A stretch of DNA of 26,928 bases, taken from a virus. Its lineage: Duplodnaviria > Caudoviricetes. Shown piece after piece: positions 25,919-26,928 of this stretch. Under the pieces are notes generated by a model. The model made no database searches. It saw nothing but the letters and a program-made list of their open reading frames with translations, and was not told where the DNA came from. Both the position numbers and the translations under genes were made by a program. Location: IMG/VR virus record IMGVR_UViG_3300028594_000013, positions 1 to 26,928 of that record, one strand, 5' to 3'. Position 1 is the stretch's first letter. Every line of letters starts with the position of its first letter.

Positions 25919-25962
25919 AATATAACACGAACTTTACATGACATCTATAGGGTTAATGTCCG
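25919..25962 (-). promoter_or_regulatory. Putative RinA-dependent late promoter
   Basis: Just after the rinA stop: inverted repeat GACAT-N11-ATGTC (25940-25960) where a -35 would sit, then extended -10 TG-T-TATATT (25919-25927). RinA-family activators are known to bind just downstream of their own gene. Confidence 0.6.
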
Positions 25963-25965
25963 ACT

Positions 25966-26376
25966 TTAAACATAACCCATATACTCTGCCAAAATGTTTA
26001 ACCAATTATTACGCCTGTTAGTAATAGCTGTTCTACTCATTAGACACTCATCTGCAATGTCTTGCCAAGTATAGTAAGCATCACTCCAATATTTCATCTT
26101 CATTATTTGTAATGACTCATCATCGACGTTTTCAATAAGGCGTTCAACACTAGATACAATGTTATCAAGGTTATTATATTTCTTATCGTTTAACTTCTTA
26201 ATAACTTCTCGCTCAATGGGATTACCTGGCATGTTGGATTTACCAGCTCCTATGTTTTCTGGATCGTGGTTCTCTAATAATTCATAACCTCTGAATCTTA
26301 ATTCCTTACGGTACTGCTTAATGTTTTTAATATAGTTTTCAAGTTTACCAATGTCGTGACGATCTAGTGTTAACAT
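25966..26376 (-). CDS. rinA: Late transcriptional activator RinA
   Basis: DIGKLENYI, GAGKSNMPGNPIE, MKYW..YTWQDIAD HTH; last gene before the packaging module; ATG 26376 with GGAGG RBS. Confidence 0.92.
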   Translation of the reverse strand: MLTLDRHDIGKLENYIKNIKQYRKELRFRGYELLENHDPENIGAGKSNMPGNPIEREVIKKLNDKKYNNLDNIVSSVERLIENVDDESLQIMKMKYWSDAYYTWQDIADECLMSRTAITNRRNNWLNILAEYMGYV

Positions 26377-26377
26377 A

Positions 26378-26548
26378 TTACTTACCTCCATAACCTTTAT
26401 ATTCAAGTACCACAGCTAATACAAATATCAAAAATAAAAGCACAATATAAACCAATGTAGGGGTTAAAACTAACCACCAAGATATGTTTATAACGTGTGT
26501 AAGTTTCAAGACCATTAACACTATGGTCAATAAATTTAAGTACCTCAT
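26378..26548 (-). CDS. Small membrane protein, 56 aa (not in ORF track)
   Basis: Manual translation MRYLNLLTIVLMVLKLTHVINISWWLVLTPTLVYIVLLFLIFVLAVVLEYKGYGGK; AAGGAGG RBS; the LKL..VI..SWWLV..P motif is common in phage small membrane proteins. Confidence 0.78.
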   Translation of the reverse strand: MRYLNLLTIVLMVLKLTHVINISWWLVLTPTLVYIVLLFLIFVLAVVLEYKGYGGK

Positions 26549-26724
26549 TTGATGTCCTCCTTATTATTCTCAACCATAAGGTCTACTTTTAAATCAATGT
26601 ATTTTGAAAGTAACCGTTCTTGCTGTGTTAGTAATTTTTCTATCATATCGCTTTGTTTTGAGTTAACATATAAAACTATTATAAGTATGACCCCTAATAT
26701 GACACTTGATACTATCCAGAACAT
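26545..26724 (-). CDS. Small protein with N-terminal TM helix, DUF1514-like, 59 aa (not in ORF track)
   Basis: Manual translation MFWIVSSVILGVILIIVLYVNSKQSDMIEKLLTQQERLLSKYIDLKVDLMVENNKEDIK; TAATG and ATGA overlaps with neighbours; GGAGG RBS. Confidence 0.72.
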   Translation of the reverse strand: MFWIVSSVILGVILIIVLYVNSKQSDMIEKLLTQQERLLSKYIDLKVDLMVENNKEDIK

Positions 26725-26921
26725 TACTCGTCCTCCATTCCTTGCATACTGCTGAATTCCATAAGCATCAACACAGCTTGTTTCTCACTTAACCCATATC
26801 TCTGTGCTGTTTTAATCATCTGTCTACTTTCTTTATTTGCCATCATTATGGTTTTACTGAATGTATAAGCCATATCATTTGCCATCATATCTTCTAATTC
26901 ATTGTTTAAATTTTTATCCAT
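26724..26921 (-). CDS. Hypothetical protein, 65 aa
   Basis: ORF in track, coupled to the next gene; upstream context cut off by the window edge. Confidence 0.6.
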   Translation of the reverse strand: MDKNLNNELEDMMANDMAYTFSKTIMMANKESRQMIKTAQRYGLSEKQAVLMLMEFSSMQGMEDE

Positions 26922-26928
26922 CTACAGA

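Larger units (their letters stand above)
1..26928 (-). mobile_element. Temperate siphovirus/prophage late region (packaging, head, tail, lysis modules), Staphylococcus-type cos phage
   Basis: Continuous co-oriented rinA-HNH-terS-terL-portal-protease-capsid-neck-tail-TMP-Dit-Tal-RBP-holin-lysin order. No integrase or att site is identifiable, so prophage versus free phage cannot be decided here. Confidence 0.95.

Noticed and set aside
26378-26548. Suspected frameshifted pseudogene upstream of rinA
   Set aside because: Re-reading shows an intact 56-codon frame (GTT ATA AAC ATA TCT TGG TGG).
607-26755. Other short plus-strand ORFs (e.g. 607-849, 2060-2293, 4844-5107, 19869-20168, 23942-24262, 26549-26755) and nested minus ORF 11573-11785
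   Set aside because: They overlap well-supported minus-strand genes, are Ser/Phe/Ile-rich as expected for shadows, and have no recognisable domains.

Overview
The window is the late half of a temperate Staphylococcus-type siphovirus or prophage; the host genus is inferred from protein families. All credible genes are on the minus strand. In transcription order (26928 to 1): three small ORFs, the RinA late activator, an ~800-bp non-coding region, HNH endonuclease, a putative cos region, TerS, TerL, two accessory ORFs, a small membrane protein, portal, HK97-type prohead protease, major capsid, four head-tail/neck genes, major tail protein, a small ORF, two tail chaperone genes, tape measure (M23 + lytic transglycosylase), Dit, Tal, a receptor-binding-like protein, a beta-helix depolymerase with an autocleaving chaperone domain, BppU, small lysis-proximal genes, holin and a CHAP-amidase-SH3b endolysin. 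The least explained parts are: (1) the rinA-HNH spacer, with a late promoter, a GC-enriched multi-stem ~300-nt RNA ending in an intrinsic terminator, and an inverted array of 14-15-bp repeats; with several terminators inside the late operon, this suggests an RNA-based antitermination or regulatory system; (2) gpG and gpGT chaperones apparently encoded by gene duplication instead of frameshifting; (3) a G9 tract / G-GGU-UUA slippery site joining two accessory ORFs between terL and portal; (4) an apparent AUC start for the HK97-gp10-like gene; (5) an unannotated 25-aa Cys/Trp-rich peptide ahead of the holin. All structures were paired by hand, and all family assignments come from motif recognition, not database searches.
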